From Deltaproteobacteria bacterium (GTDB taxonomy: Bacteria; Myxococcota_A; Polyangia; Polyangiales; Polyangiaceae), in the NCBI GenBank assembly GCA_003235365.1, contig QJWJ01000223.1:1127-65126 (forward strand): a DNA stretch of 64,000 bases. The letters run 5' to 3'. Of this stretch, positions 47,124 to 56,106 are shown piece after piece. The position numbers were made by a program, and so were the translations under genes. Numbering within the stretch: position 1 is the stretch's first letter; every line of letters starts with the position of its first letter. The notes below the pieces were generated by a model, which saw only the letters and a program-made list of their open reading frames with translations, had not been told where the DNA came from and did no database searches.

Positions 47124-48935
47124 GTGGGAAGCACGAAGCTCATAGAAAACGAGCAGGGTGGTATCCAGCGCCTCGGGCGCTACGACCTCATTGCGGAGAT
47201 TGCCGCTGGCGGCATGGCCACCGTTTACTTGGCGCGTCTAGGCGGTGTGGGCGGGTTCCAGCGCAACGTCGCGATCAAGTGCCTGCATCCCCACTTGGCG
47301 CGCAACGAGGAGTTCGTCGAGATGTTCCTCGACGAGGCGCGGCTCGCCGCGCTGATCCACCACCCCAACGTCGTGCCCATTCAAGAAGTGGGGGAGGGCA
47401 GCAACGGTTACTACCTGGTGATGGACTACGTCGAGGGCGACACCTTCGCCTCGCTGCTCTCTCGCGCTGCCGTTGCGGGTCGAGAGGTTCCGCGTGACAT
47501 CTCCGTGCGCATCATCGTGGACATGCTCGCTGGGCTGCACGCGGCGCACGAGCTTCGCGACGATCACGGCATCCCGATCGGGCTCGTGCACCGCGACGTG
47601 TCTCCTCAAAACGTGCTGGTTGGTACGGACGGCATCACCCGCATCACGGACTTCGGTGTTGCGCGCGCCGCCAGCCGCCTCAGTGCGACGCGTGCGGGGC
47701 AGCTCAAGGGCAAGCTCGCATACATGGCGCCTGAACAGGCGAACGGCGACGAAGAGGTCGACCGTCGGGCAGACGTGTTCTCTTCCGGCGTCGTGTTGTG
47801 GGAGGCCATGGCGCTCAAGCGCTTGTTCAAGGCCTCGAACGAAGCCGCCACACTCAATCGCGTCTTGAACGACCGCGTCGTGTCGCCGCGCGAGTTCTCG
47901 GAGCTGGTGCCCGAAGAGGTCGCGCAGGTTTGCCTCAAGGCACTCAACCGCGACCTGAACGTCCGCTACGTTTCGTGCGCCGAGTTCGGTGACGCGCTCG
48001 AGCGTGCGGGGACCGCAGCGGGTTGTTTGGCGACCGGGCGCGAGGTGGCGACCTATGTCAACGAGGTCGTCGGGGCGTCCTTGGAGAGTCACCGCCAAGC
48101 CATCCGCGAATGGCTGGAGCGGCGTGCGAGTGAACCTCCAACGCCGAGCGCGATCCACACGCCGTTCACTTCCTACGTGCCGCCACCTCCGCCGGGGCGT
48201 CGTCCGAGCTTGACGGGGCTCAACGACACGTCGGCCATCACCCAGGCCAGCGGCGTCACCCGCGGTTCGTTGCGCCCGCTTCCGCCATCGGCGGGTGTTC
48301 TTCAGGGGCGCGTTGCCTCCCACGCGATTTTGGGCAGCACCGCGTCGATTCCGCCGTCGTCTCCGTCGCTCCCGGTTCCGCCGCCGCCACCCCCGCCGCC
48401 GAGTGGGATCTCACCCGTGGCGTCGGTTGCACCGGCGCAGGACGTCCACCCGACCCTGGTCACCGTGGGGATCCCTCGTCCGCAGAAGCGCCGCTGGCCG
48501 GTGATTGCGGGCGGTGCAGGCCTGTTCGGGGTGGCCGTGATAATCGGGGTGGTCGCCCTGAGCTCCGACCCCGATCCGGCGCCAGTTGCTGCCGCGGCCT
48601 CGAGCCTCCCGTCCGCGACGGCCTCCGCCCCGGCACCGGCTGCTGAGGTGCCCCGCGCCGCGCCGTCCGCGACGGCGGTATCGGCATCTGAAGAAGCTCC
48701 GGCGAACGAAGACGAGGGCGCAGCGAAGGCCGAGGAGGCCCACTCGAAAACGGACGAGTTGGCAAAGGCAGAGGCCGAGCGAGGCGTGGCCGACGAGCCC
48801 AGCCCGCCAGCGAAAGGTCACAAACCGGCTGTGCGGACGAAGTATCGAGGGAGCAGCCGCAAGTCGGCCCCTTCGGTACCGACCAAGAAGAAGAGCACCC
48901 TGGCCGGAGTCGATCTCGACAATCCTTACAAGTGA
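47124..48935 (+). CDS. Hanks-type Ser/Thr protein kinase with a Pro-rich linker, a TM helix and a basic/acidic tail
   Basis: The GTG start lies 6 bp after the upstream stop. AAGGMATVY, VAIKCL, HRDVSPQNV, DFGVA, LAYMAPEQ. TM helix is WPVIAGGAGLFGVAVIIGVVAL. Confidence 0.9.
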   Translation: MGSTKLIENEQGGIQRLGRYDLIAEIAAGGMATVYLARLGGVGGFQRNVAIKCLHPHLARNEEFVEMFLDEARLAALIHHPNVVPIQEVGEGSNGYYLVMDYVEGDTFASLLSRAAVAGREVPRDISVRIIVDMLAGLHAAHELRDDHGIPIGLVHRDVSPQNVLVGTDGITRITDFGVARAASRLSATRAGQLKGKLAYMAPEQANGDEEVDRRADVFSSGVVLWEAMALKRLFKASNEAATLNRVLNDRVVSPREFSELVPEEVAQVCLKALNRDLNVRYVSCAEFGDALERAGTAAGCLATGREVATYVNEVVGASLESHRQAIREWLERRASEPPTPSAIHTPFTSYVPPPPPGRRPSLTGLNDTSAITQASGVTRGSLRPLPPSAGVLQGRVASHAILGSTASIPPSSPSLPVPPPPPPPPSGISPVASVAPAQDVHPTLVTVGIPRPQKRRWPVIAGGAGLFGVAVIIGVVALSSDPDPAPVAAAASSLPSATASAPAPAAEVPRAAPSATAVSASEEAPANEDEGAAKAEEAHSKTDELAKAEAERGVADEPSPPAKGHKPAVRTKYRGSSRKSAPSVPTKKKSTLAGVDLDNPYK

Positions 48936-49062
48936 CGCGATGCGTCGGTGGGCGACATCGGGCCGTGGGCTGCGCACGTTGACAGCGCCGGGGGCTGCTG
49001 CTACTAACTCGCGCCCTTTCAGCCGGTTCGACGGTTTTGCGCTCCAGACCCCCGGTTACCCC

Positions 49063-50007
49063 GTGTCGATCAAAAGCATCTGCCTATTTTCCGGAAACTC
49101 GAATCCGGAACTCGCTGAAGAGGTCGCTTCGGTGCTCGGCATTCGCCTCGGGGAGGTGAAGCTAGCCCGGTTCAGTGATGGGGAGATGTTCTGCCGCATC
49201 CACGAGAACGTGCGCGGGTTGGACACTTTCGTCATTCAACCGACGAGCGCCCCCGTGAACGACACACTGATGGAACTGCTCATCATGTGTGATGCGTTGC
49301 GCCGTGCATCGGCCGGTTCGATCACGGCCGTGTTGCCCTATTACGGCTACGCGCGGCAAGATCGCAAGGTCGCTCCGCGGACGCCGATCACTGCCAAGTT
49401 GGTCGCTGATCTGTTGGAAATCGCGGGCGTTACGCGTGCGGTTTGCGTCGATCTCCACGCCGGCCAGATCCAGGGTTTCTTTCGGTTCCCGACCGACAAT
49501 CTGTACGCGCTCCCGGTCTTCCTCGACTACCTGCGCAAGAACTTCGACCAAAACGCCGTGTTCGTCTCGCCCGATGCGGGGGGCGTGGAGCGCGCTCGGG
49601 CCTTCTCCAAGCAGCTCGACGCGGGCTTGGCGATCATCGACAAGCGACGTGAGCAGGCAAACGTGAGCGAAGTGATGCACTTGATCGGGGACGTCCGCGA
49701 TCGCGACTGCATCATCGTCGACGATCTCATCGACACCGCGGGCACGTTGTGCAATGCCGCGCAGGCGGTTCGTGAAGGGGGCGCGCGGCGCGTCGTAGCT
49801 TGTGCTACCCACGGTGTGCTCAGCGGTCCTGCGATTGCGCGCATCCAGAAGTCGGCGCTGGACGCGGTCATCGTCACCAACACCATTTCCGCCAGTGCCG
49901 AGGCGCTGGCCTGCGAGAAGATTCAATACCTGAGCATCGGCGGACTACTCGCCGAGGCAATTCGACGTATCGATAGTAAAGACTCCCTGAGTTCCCTATT
50001 CGTATGA
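49063..50007 (+). CDS. prs: Ribose-phosphate pyrophosphokinase
   Basis: The GTG at 49063 gives (M)SIKSICLFSGNSNPELAEEVASVLGIRLGEVKLARFSDGE. PRPP-binding loop is CIIVDDLIDTAGT. The longer ORF upstream (from 48586) is Arg/Pro-rich and overlaps the kinase gene. Confidence 0.93.
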   Translation: MSIKSICLFSGNSNPELAEEVASVLGIRLGEVKLARFSDGEMFCRIHENVRGLDTFVIQPTSAPVNDTLMELLIMCDALRRASAGSITAVLPYYGYARQDRKVAPRTPITAKLVADLLEIAGVTRAVCVDLHAGQIQGFFRFPTDNLYALPVFLDYLRKNFDQNAVFVSPDAGGVERARAFSKQLDAGLAIIDKRREQANVSEVMHLIGDVRDRDCIIVDDLIDTAGTLCNAAQAVREGGARRVVACATHGVLSGPAIARIQKSALDAVIVTNTISASAEALACEKIQYLSIGGLLAEAIRRIDSKDSLSSLFV

Positions 50008-50031
50008 GCTCAGCCCGTTCGAGGAAGTAAG

Positions 50032-50640
50032 ATGCAAACTGTTAAGCTGAAGGCTGAATCCCGAGTTAATACAGGCAAAGGTGTTGCTCGCAAGTTGCGC
50101 TCCGCCGGATTGATCCCGGCTGTCTACTACGGTCGCGGTGTCGAAACCCGCTCCTTGGCGGTCTCTCCCAAGGGCCTGCGCGAAGCGGTATCCGGAGACC
50201 TGGGCATCAACTCGGTGCTCGAGCTCGAGGTCGAAGACCAGAACTACAACGTGCTGCTCGCCGACTTCCAGCTGCACCCGGTTACTCGCGAGGTGCTCCA
50301 CGCGGACTTCGTCAGCGTCGATGCCACGCGCTCCGTCAACGTCGAGGTCCCCCTGGAACTGACCGGCAAGGCCAAGGGCACGGTTCTCGGTGGCAAGCTG
50401 CGGCAGGTTTATCGCAAGCTGCCGGTCAGCTGCTTGCCGGGCAACATCCCCGCGAAGATCGTCCACGACGTCAGCGCGCTGGACATCGAAGATCTCGTCC
50501 ACACTTCCGACCTGCAGCTGCCCGAGGGCGTGCAGGTTCGTCTGAAGGCTGGCCAGACTTTGGGTGGTGTCTACGGCTCACGCCGAGGCGCTCAGAAGGA
50601 CGAAGAGGGCGAGGAAGAAGCCCCCGCCGGCAAGAAGTAA
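50032..50640 (+). CDS. rplY: 50S ribosomal protein L25/general stress protein Ctc
   Basis: LKAESRVNTGKGVARKLRSAGLIPAVYYG, a two-domain Ctc-type length, gaggaag SD. Confidence 0.93.
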   Translation: MQTVKLKAESRVNTGKGVARKLRSAGLIPAVYYGRGVETRSLAVSPKGLREAVSGDLGINSVLELEVEDQNYNVLLADFQLHPVTREVLHADFVSVDATRSVNVEVPLELTGKAKGTVLGGKLRQVYRKLPVSCLPGNIPAKIVHDVSALDIEDLVHTSDLQLPEGVQVRLKAGQTLGGVYGSRRGAQKDEEGEEEAPAGKK

Positions 50641-50730
50641 CGAACGCGGGCGGTCGCGTCCTGCGCCGCCGTTGCGGTTTCGTTACGTGCTCTCGGTCTT
50701 GGGGCACCGCGCGGAAATTGGTGTCAGGTC

Positions 50731-51306
50731 GTGCTGTTGGTCGTCGGATTGGGCAATCCGGGTTCTCGCTACGAGGGAACCCGCCACAACGTCGGCTTTG
50801 CCGTCGTCGACCACTTGGGCAGCGGTGCCGATCCGTTTTCGACTCGCTTTCACGGGCTCTTTTCCACGTTCCGCGTCGCGGGAAGCGGCGACGGCAAGGT
50901 GGCGCTACTCAAGCCCCAGACGTTCATGAACCGCTCTGGCCAGAGCGTGCGCGCTGCCATGGACTTCTACAAGGTGTCCATCGACGACCTGCTGGTCATC
51001 CACGACGAGCTCGACCTGCCGTTGGGCACCGTCCGCCTCAAGCAAGGGGGAGGCGAAGCGGGACACAACGGGCTGCGTTCCATCAGCCAACACGTGGGCG
51101 GTCAGGGCTATGCGCGCCTGCGGGTCGGGATTGGACGACCCCCCCCTGACTTTCGGGGTGGCGTCGCCGATTTTGTGCTACAAGCTTTCCCCCCCGAAGC
51201 CTCGGGGGACCTGACTTCGGTCATCGAGCAATCGGCTCGCGTCGTTCATTCCCTGGCGACAGACCCGATCCAAGCGGTGATGAACGAGGTCAATCGCAAA
51301 CGCTAA
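50731..51306 (+). CDS. pth: Peptidyl-tRNA hydrolase
   Basis: GTG start. LLVVGLGNPGSRYEGTRHNVGF, FMNRSGQSV, GGEAGHNGLRS. Confidence 0.95.
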   Translation: MLLVVGLGNPGSRYEGTRHNVGFAVVDHLGSGADPFSTRFHGLFSTFRVAGSGDGKVALLKPQTFMNRSGQSVRAAMDFYKVSIDDLLVIHDELDLPLGTVRLKQGGGEAGHNGLRSISQHVGGQGYARLRVGIGRPPPDFRGGVADFVLQAFPPEASGDLTSVIEQSARVVHSLATDPIQAVMNEVNRKR

Positions 51307-51313
51307 CTCCTTG

Positions 51314-51334
51314 CTCCCGCCGTCGTGGCGGGGG
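51314..51334 (+). promoter_or_regulatory. Hairpin in the pth-rpsF spacer (candidate rpsF leader element or pth terminator stem)
   Basis: CTCCCGCC (51314-51321), loop gtcgt, GGCGGGGG (51327-51334): 8 bp including one G-U pair. It sits 25 nt upstream of the rpsF GTG and has no T-tract. Confidence 0.3.
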
Positions 51335-51358
51335 TCACAGACCGAAGGGAGCTCACTA

Positions 51359-51868
51359 GTGAGTCAGGTCACAACATACAAAGAATACGAAACCATCTAC
51401 ATCTTGCGCCCCGATGCATCGCGTGAGGTTACCGAAGGCCTCGCCTCGCGCATGGCCAACGTCGTGAACGGCGCCGGTAAGCTGCAGCGCGTCGAGAACT
51501 GGGGACGCCGTCGCCTGGCGTACACCGTTGCCAAACACAAGCGCGGCATCTACGTGTACATGAAGTACGCCGGTGCCGGTGGGGTGGTCTCCGAGGTCGA
51601 GCGCATGCTCGGGCTCCAGGAAGCGGTCATGAAGTATCAGACCGTCAAGACCTCCGACCTGGCAGAGGTCGCGGACGTCGCCGACGCGGACGTCGAATTC
51701 CAGCACGTCGAGGTCGACGAGGACGAAGTCGACGAGACGCTAGCCCAGGCTTTGGGATTGGATTCCCGCGGCCGCTGGGGCTCGAACAGCTCCGACGACA
51801 GCGATGACGATGATGATGGGTCCAGCGATGACGAATCGTCGGACGACAACGAGGAGAACGAAGAATGA
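51359..51868 (+). CDS. rpsF: 30S ribosomal protein S6 with a long acidic C-terminal tail
   Basis: GTG at 51359 after gaagggag. [14 protein letters not shown] and [16 protein letters not shown]. The tail is [26 protein letters not shown]. Confidence 0.93.
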   Translation: MSQVTTYKEYETIYILRPDASREVTEGLASRMANVVNGAGKLQRVENWGRRRLAYTVAKHKRGIYVYMKYAGAGGVVSEVERMLGLQEAVMKYQTVKTSDLAEVADVADADVEFQHVEVDEDEVDETLAQALGLDSRGRWGSNSSDDSDDDDDGSSDDESSDDNEENEE

Positions 51869-52137
51869 ACGACTTGCAATCGTCCGCCTTCGACCGGGCT
51901 GATAGCGGCGGTCTTTTCAAACGTGCCGGGCGCCGACGCGGTTGTCCCTTCTGCAACGATTCGGCCTTGACCATCGACTACAAGGACCCGCAGCTGCTCA
52001 AGTACTTCATCACCGAGCGTGGCAAGATCGTTCCGCGTCGTATTTCGGGTTGCTGTGCCAAGCACCAGCGCAGCTTGACCGTTCACATCAAGCGGGCGCG
52101 CAACATCGCGCTGCTGCCTTTCACCACCAACGAGTAG
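51865..52137 (+). CDS. rpsR: 30S ribosomal protein S18
   Basis: The ATG overlaps the rpsF stop (ATGA). [60 protein letters not shown]. Confidence 0.95.
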   Translation: MNDLQSSAFDRADSGGLFKRAGRRRGCPFCNDSALTIDYKDPQLLKYFITERGKIVPRRISGCCAKHQRSLTVHIKRARNIALLPFTTNE

Positions 52138-52145
52138 GAGAAGCC

Positions 52146-52607
52146 ATGGCTCATCCGATCAAGGTAGTATTGCAGTCAGAGGTCGAGCACCTCGGCAACA
52201 GTGGTGACGTCGTCAAGGTCCGTCCGGGCTTCGCGCGGAACTTTTTGATCCCCCGTGGACTTGCGGCGCCTGCGACGTCAGGTAACTTGGCACGTGTCGA
52301 CGAGCTCAAAGCCAAGGCTGCCGAACGCGCAGCTCAGGTCAAGGCCGACGCCGAAGCGCTCAAGACGAAGTTGGAAGCCGTATCCATCAAGGTTTCGCGC
52401 CAGGTCGGCGAAGAAAACAAGATGTACGGATCGGTGACCAGCCGTGACATCGAAGAAGAGTACGCCAGTGCTCACGGGCTGAAGTTCGACCGTCGCAAGT
52501 TGCAGCTAGCGGAGCCGATCCGCGAGCTCGGCCTGTCCGAGGTTCCGCTGCAGCTCCATCACGACGTCGTCGCGAAGCTGCGCGTCGAGGTGATCAAAGC
52601 CAGCTGA
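52146..52607 (+). CDS. rplI: 50S ribosomal protein L9
   Basis: The ATG at 52146 gives MAHPIKVVLQSEVEHLGNSGDVVKVRPGFARNFLIPRGLA. Confidence 0.95.
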   Translation: MAHPIKVVLQSEVEHLGNSGDVVKVRPGFARNFLIPRGLAAPATSGNLARVDELKAKAAERAAQVKADAEALKTKLEAVSIKVSRQVGEENKMYGSVTSRDIEEEYASAHGLKFDRRKLQLAEPIRELGLSEVPLQLHHDVVAKLRVEVIKAS

Positions 52608-52678
52608 GTCCGTCGTCGTGTGTCGTGCGGCATTCGTCGCTCGGCGCATGGTGGCGTGTGAACGGTTGCAGCCGCGAA

Positions 52679-52712
52679 GATGCCCACCGAAATCGGTGGG
52701 CATCCGTGTTTT
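52679..52712 (+). terminator. Intrinsic (Rho-independent) terminator after rplI
   Basis: Perfect 11-bp stem GATGCCCACCG / CGGTGGGCATC with loop AAAT, followed by CGTGTTTT. Confidence 0.75.
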
Positions 52713-53088
52713 GTACGCCGCTTCGCGCGTCGGTCCTGGTCGTCCGTGTGTGCCGTGATGGCTTGTGGAGAACGTGTGGATCGACGCCGTATCCCGTCGC
52801 CTCGGTCTGCCGTTCCCCGGCGAACTGTCGCAACACCTCGCAATCTCGCGCGATTCTTCATCTCCTGCTTGCGTTCCACGACGTACCGGATGCCGTGCGA
52901 TGGTGATGCCGCATCGAGGCTTGGACGAGCGCGACGTCGAGTACCCCAACGGGGCGCGCGGCGACTTCGGACGGGATCAGTACCGCTGCTCGATCGGCGT
53001 TTCGTCGCTTTCTGCTGTGGAGCTGGATTGTCATTGGTTTTTGGGATCGGTCCTTCCGACGTCCTGGTGCGCTGTGTGAGAATGGGCC

Positions 53089-54570
53089 GTGCGTAACTTT
53101 CCGAAGTCGAATCGGACGGTCCCCGAGCTGCGTCCCACCGAGGGGCGAGTTCCGCCCCACGATCTGGATGCCGAGGCTGCGGTGCTCAGTGCGACCCTGC
53201 TCGCCCCCGAGTCCTTCGACGAGGTGCAAGAAGTCATCGCTCCTGAGCACTTCTATTCCGAGGCCAATCGCACCATCTTCGAAGCCGTCGTCGACCTCAA
53301 TCGCGCTAGCGTTCCCGTGGACATCGTCAGCGTCGCCGGCTGGCTGCGCGCTCGTGACCGCCTCGAGAAAATCGGTGGTAGCTCGTATCTGGCGGCGCTG
53401 ACCGACGCGACACCAGCCGTTGCCAACGTCGTCACGCATGCGACGACCGTTCGGGAAACGGCTCGGTTGCGTCGTCTGATTTCGACGTGTCAGCAGTTTG
53501 CTGCTGGCGGTTACGGCGACTGTGGCGAGGTACAGGCGTACATCGACGAGGCCGAGCAGGCGATCTTCGACATTGCGCGCACCAGCGGCGGCTCGACGAT
53601 TCTCCCCTTGCGCGACGCCATCCACAAGGCGTTCGAAATCCTCTCGGCGGCGGCGAAACGCGGCAGCGCAATCACCGGGATCTCCAGCGGCTTCTTCGAA
53701 CTCGACAAGCGCATGTCGGGGCTCCATTCCGGCGACCTGTACATCGTCGCGGGGCGCCCGGGCATGGGCAAGACGTCGTTCGTGCTCAACCTGGCCGTCA
53801 ACGCCGCTCAGCCGCGCATGATGGAGACCGAAGAAGGCGAAGTCGAGCAGCCCGGTTACGGCGTCGCTTTCTTCTCGTTGGAAATGCCTCGTGAACAGCT
53901 CGCGTCGCGTATGTTGGCCAGTGAGGGACGGGTCGACGTTTCGAAGATCCGCAGCGGGCAGATCGCCGGCGAGGATTGGAACAAGCTGACCGAAGCGGCG
54001 GCGATGTTGGGTCGCATCCCGCTGTGGCTCGACGATACGCCTGCGATATCGCTGTTGGACCTGCGTGCTCGCATCCGGCGACTTCAGGCAGAGATCAGTC
54101 GCGATCGCGGTGATGGCCCGCGCGCAGAGAAGCTCGGCATCGTGATCATCGACTACCTGCAGCTGATGAGCGGGCGCCGCGACGCGGGCAGCCGTGAGCA
54201 AGAGATCAGCGAGATCTCTCGAGGCTTGAAGCAGCTCGCCAAGGAGATGGGCGTCGCGGTCATGGCATTGAGTCAGCTCAACCGATCCGTCGAAACGCGC
54301 AACACCAAAGACAAACGTCCGCAGCTCAGCGACTTGCGTGAGTCGGGCGCGATCGAGCAGGACGCCGACGCGATCATCTTCATCTACCGCGACGAGTACT
54401 ACTTCGAAGACAGTCCCGACCAGGGCGTGGCCGAAGTCATCGTCGCCAAGCAACGCAACGGCCCGACGGGCAAGGTTCGGGTGCGCTTCGAGTCGGCGTA
54501 CACCCGGTTCGACAATCTCGCTCCCGACGACTACGACTTCGACGAGTACGACGACTTCGGTGGTGCTTGA
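53089..54570 (+). CDS. dnaB: Replicative DNA helicase
   Basis: RVPPHDLDAEAAVLSA, Walker A GRPGMGKTSF, and the DnaB C-terminal RecA-like domain. The GTG at 53089 is the only start candidate before the conserved N-terminus. Confidence 0.95.
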   Translation: MRNFPKSNRTVPELRPTEGRVPPHDLDAEAAVLSATLLAPESFDEVQEVIAPEHFYSEANRTIFEAVVDLNRASVPVDIVSVAGWLRARDRLEKIGGSSYLAALTDATPAVANVVTHATTVRETARLRRLISTCQQFAAGGYGDCGEVQAYIDEAEQAIFDIARTSGGSTILPLRDAIHKAFEILSAAAKRGSAITGISSGFFELDKRMSGLHSGDLYIVAGRPGMGKTSFVLNLAVNAAQPRMMETEEGEVEQPGYGVAFFSLEMPREQLASRMLASEGRVDVSKIRSGQIAGEDWNKLTEAAAMLGRIPLWLDDTPAISLLDLRARIRRLQAEISRDRGDGPRAEKLGIVIIDYLQLMSGRRDAGSREQEISEISRGLKQLAKEMGVAVMALSQLNRSVETRNTKDKRPQLSDLRESGAIEQDADAIIFIYRDEYYFEDSPDQGVAEVIVAKQRNGPTGKVRVRFESAYTRFDNLAPDDYDFDEYDDFGGA

Positions 54571-54659
54571 GGCGCCGGTTCGCGCGCCCTGGTCCAGAAG
54601 AACGCCCTCACCCAACGACCTGAAGACCTGCCCGACAATCGTGCTCGCCCAATTGGGCC

Positions 54660-55709
54660 TCACGGAGCACTGGTCATCTCGTCCAGCTCCTGCTTGCCGA
54701 ACAGCTGCACGGCGAGCCGCTCGATGAGGGCATCCACGCCTTGGCGCGTCGCAGCCCCGACCAGATGCAGCTCTTTGTTGAGCTCGCGCGCGAAGCGATC
54801 TTTGAGCTCTGGAAACAGCTCGCGGACCTCGGGCAGATCGGCCTTGCTCAGGGCAACCACCTCGGGCCGCTGGGCCAGGGCGGGACTGAATGCCGCGAGT
54901 TCGTCGCGGAGTGCCAGGTAGTCGGTGATCGGATCTCGGCCGGCTTCGTCGTCGAGCGAAACGATGTGCAGCAGGACCCGCGTGCGTTCGACGTGTTTGA
55001 GAAATTGGATGCCCAGTCCGACCCCTTCGCTGGCGCCGGGGATCAAACCGGGGATGTCGGCGATCACGAAACTCGTCCCGAGGCCGCTACCTTGATCGCC
55101 CACGCCGACGACTCCGAGGTGCGGACGCAACGTCGTGAACGGGTAATCGGCCACCTTGGGACGAGCGCGGCTCACGGCGCGGATGAACGTGCTCTTGCCC
55201 ACGTTGGGGAACCCAAGCAGACCGACGTCTGCCATGACTTTGAGCTCGAGACGCAGATTGCGGGTCTCGCCCGGCTCGCCCGGGCCGAATCGCCGCGGCG
55301 CGCGATCAGTCGCCGTCACGAAATGCTTGTTGCCCTTTCCGCCAGCGCCGCCCTTGGCGACGACCAGGTGCTCGTCGTGGGTGAGGATCTCGCCGAGGCG
55401 GGCATCGGTGTCCGCGTCGTAGACGATGGTGCCGAGCGGCACCCGCAGCTCACAGGGGCGTCCTTGTCGGCCGTTGCAGTCGCGGCCCTCACCGTGACCG
55501 CCCCGTTCGGCCTGCAGTCGATTGAGATGCGCCAGATCTCCGAGCGTGGTCTTGCCCTGGTCGCCAATCAGCAGCACGTCGCCGCCGCGACCGCCGTCAC
55601 CGCCCGAAGGCCCCCCGAACGGGTTGAACTTCTCTCGGCGAAACGCCAGGGCGCCCTTGCCGCCGTCACCGGCTTCGGCGCGTAGCTGGCATTCGTCCAA
55701 AAAGTGCAT
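54660..55709 (-). CDS. obg: GTPase Obg/CgtA
   Basis: The ATG at 55709 gives MHFLDECQLRAEAGDGGKGALAFRREKFNPFGGPSGGDGGRGGDV (Obg fold). G1 GFPNVGKST, G3 DIPGLI. Confidence 0.95.
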   Translation of the reverse strand: MHFLDECQLRAEAGDGGKGALAFRREKFNPFGGPSGGDGGRGGDVLLIGDQGKTTLGDLAHLNRLQAERGGHGEGRDCNGRQGRPCELRVPLGTIVYDADTDARLGEILTHDEHLVVAKGGAGGKGNKHFVTATDRAPRRFGPGEPGETRNLRLELKVMADVGLLGFPNVGKSTFIRAVSRARPKVADYPFTTLRPHLGVVGVGDQGSGLGTSFVIADIPGLIPGASEGVGLGIQFLKHVERTRVLLHIVSLDDEAGRDPITDYLALRDELAAFSPALAQRPEVVALSKADLPEVRELFPELKDRFARELNKELHLVGAATRQGVDALIERLAVQLFGKQELDEMTSAP

Positions 55710-56106
55710 CCGGCTGCTATAGCAGGCCGCCTTCGCGCCACCAACGCCTTGACGTGTCGCCGTGCGGGTCTGGTACCCAGCTGAACGCTGCAATCGGGTC
55801 GGCCGCTCCGTGTTGGAGCGCTCTGAATGAGAGTTCGCGATTCGCGCGGACGCTCGTTCGCTGTAACGGAGAAAACGACTCCAGCGGGAGCGGTTTTTCG
55901 GATCCTATCCAACGGGGGTTCGGCGAAGCGCCTGGCAATCGCGCTCGCCCAGTTGGGCACCGAGGTGAGCTCGTCGACGGCGCGTGTCGAGGCGTGGCCC
56001 ATTGCGTGCGGGCTGCTCGGCGGGTCTACACAGCCGAGCAGCGACGCTCCTGGGAGAGTTCGTGCAGAGCTGTCGGGGTGCCCCTCTACCGTGGTAAGGG
56101 CTGGAC

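Noticed and set aside
50637-50686. Inverted repeat GTAACGAA ... TTCGTTAC (34-nt interior with a GGCGG/CCGCC sub-stem) right after rplY
   Set aside because: The stem is imperfect and no T-tract follows. It may be a weak rplY-pth attenuator, but I cannot support it as a terminator.
54647-54658. 12-bp perfect palindrome GCCCAATTGGGC between the convergent dnaB and obg genes
   Set aside because: It has no loop and no T-tract, is too short to be a terminator, and I noticed only this single occurrence. It is probably fortuitous.
55875-55905. Imperfect hairpin followed by TTTTT (acgactccagcgggagcggttttt) in the obg upstream region
   Set aside because: The stem needs mismatches and bulges. No upstream forward-strand transcript is evident that it would terminate.
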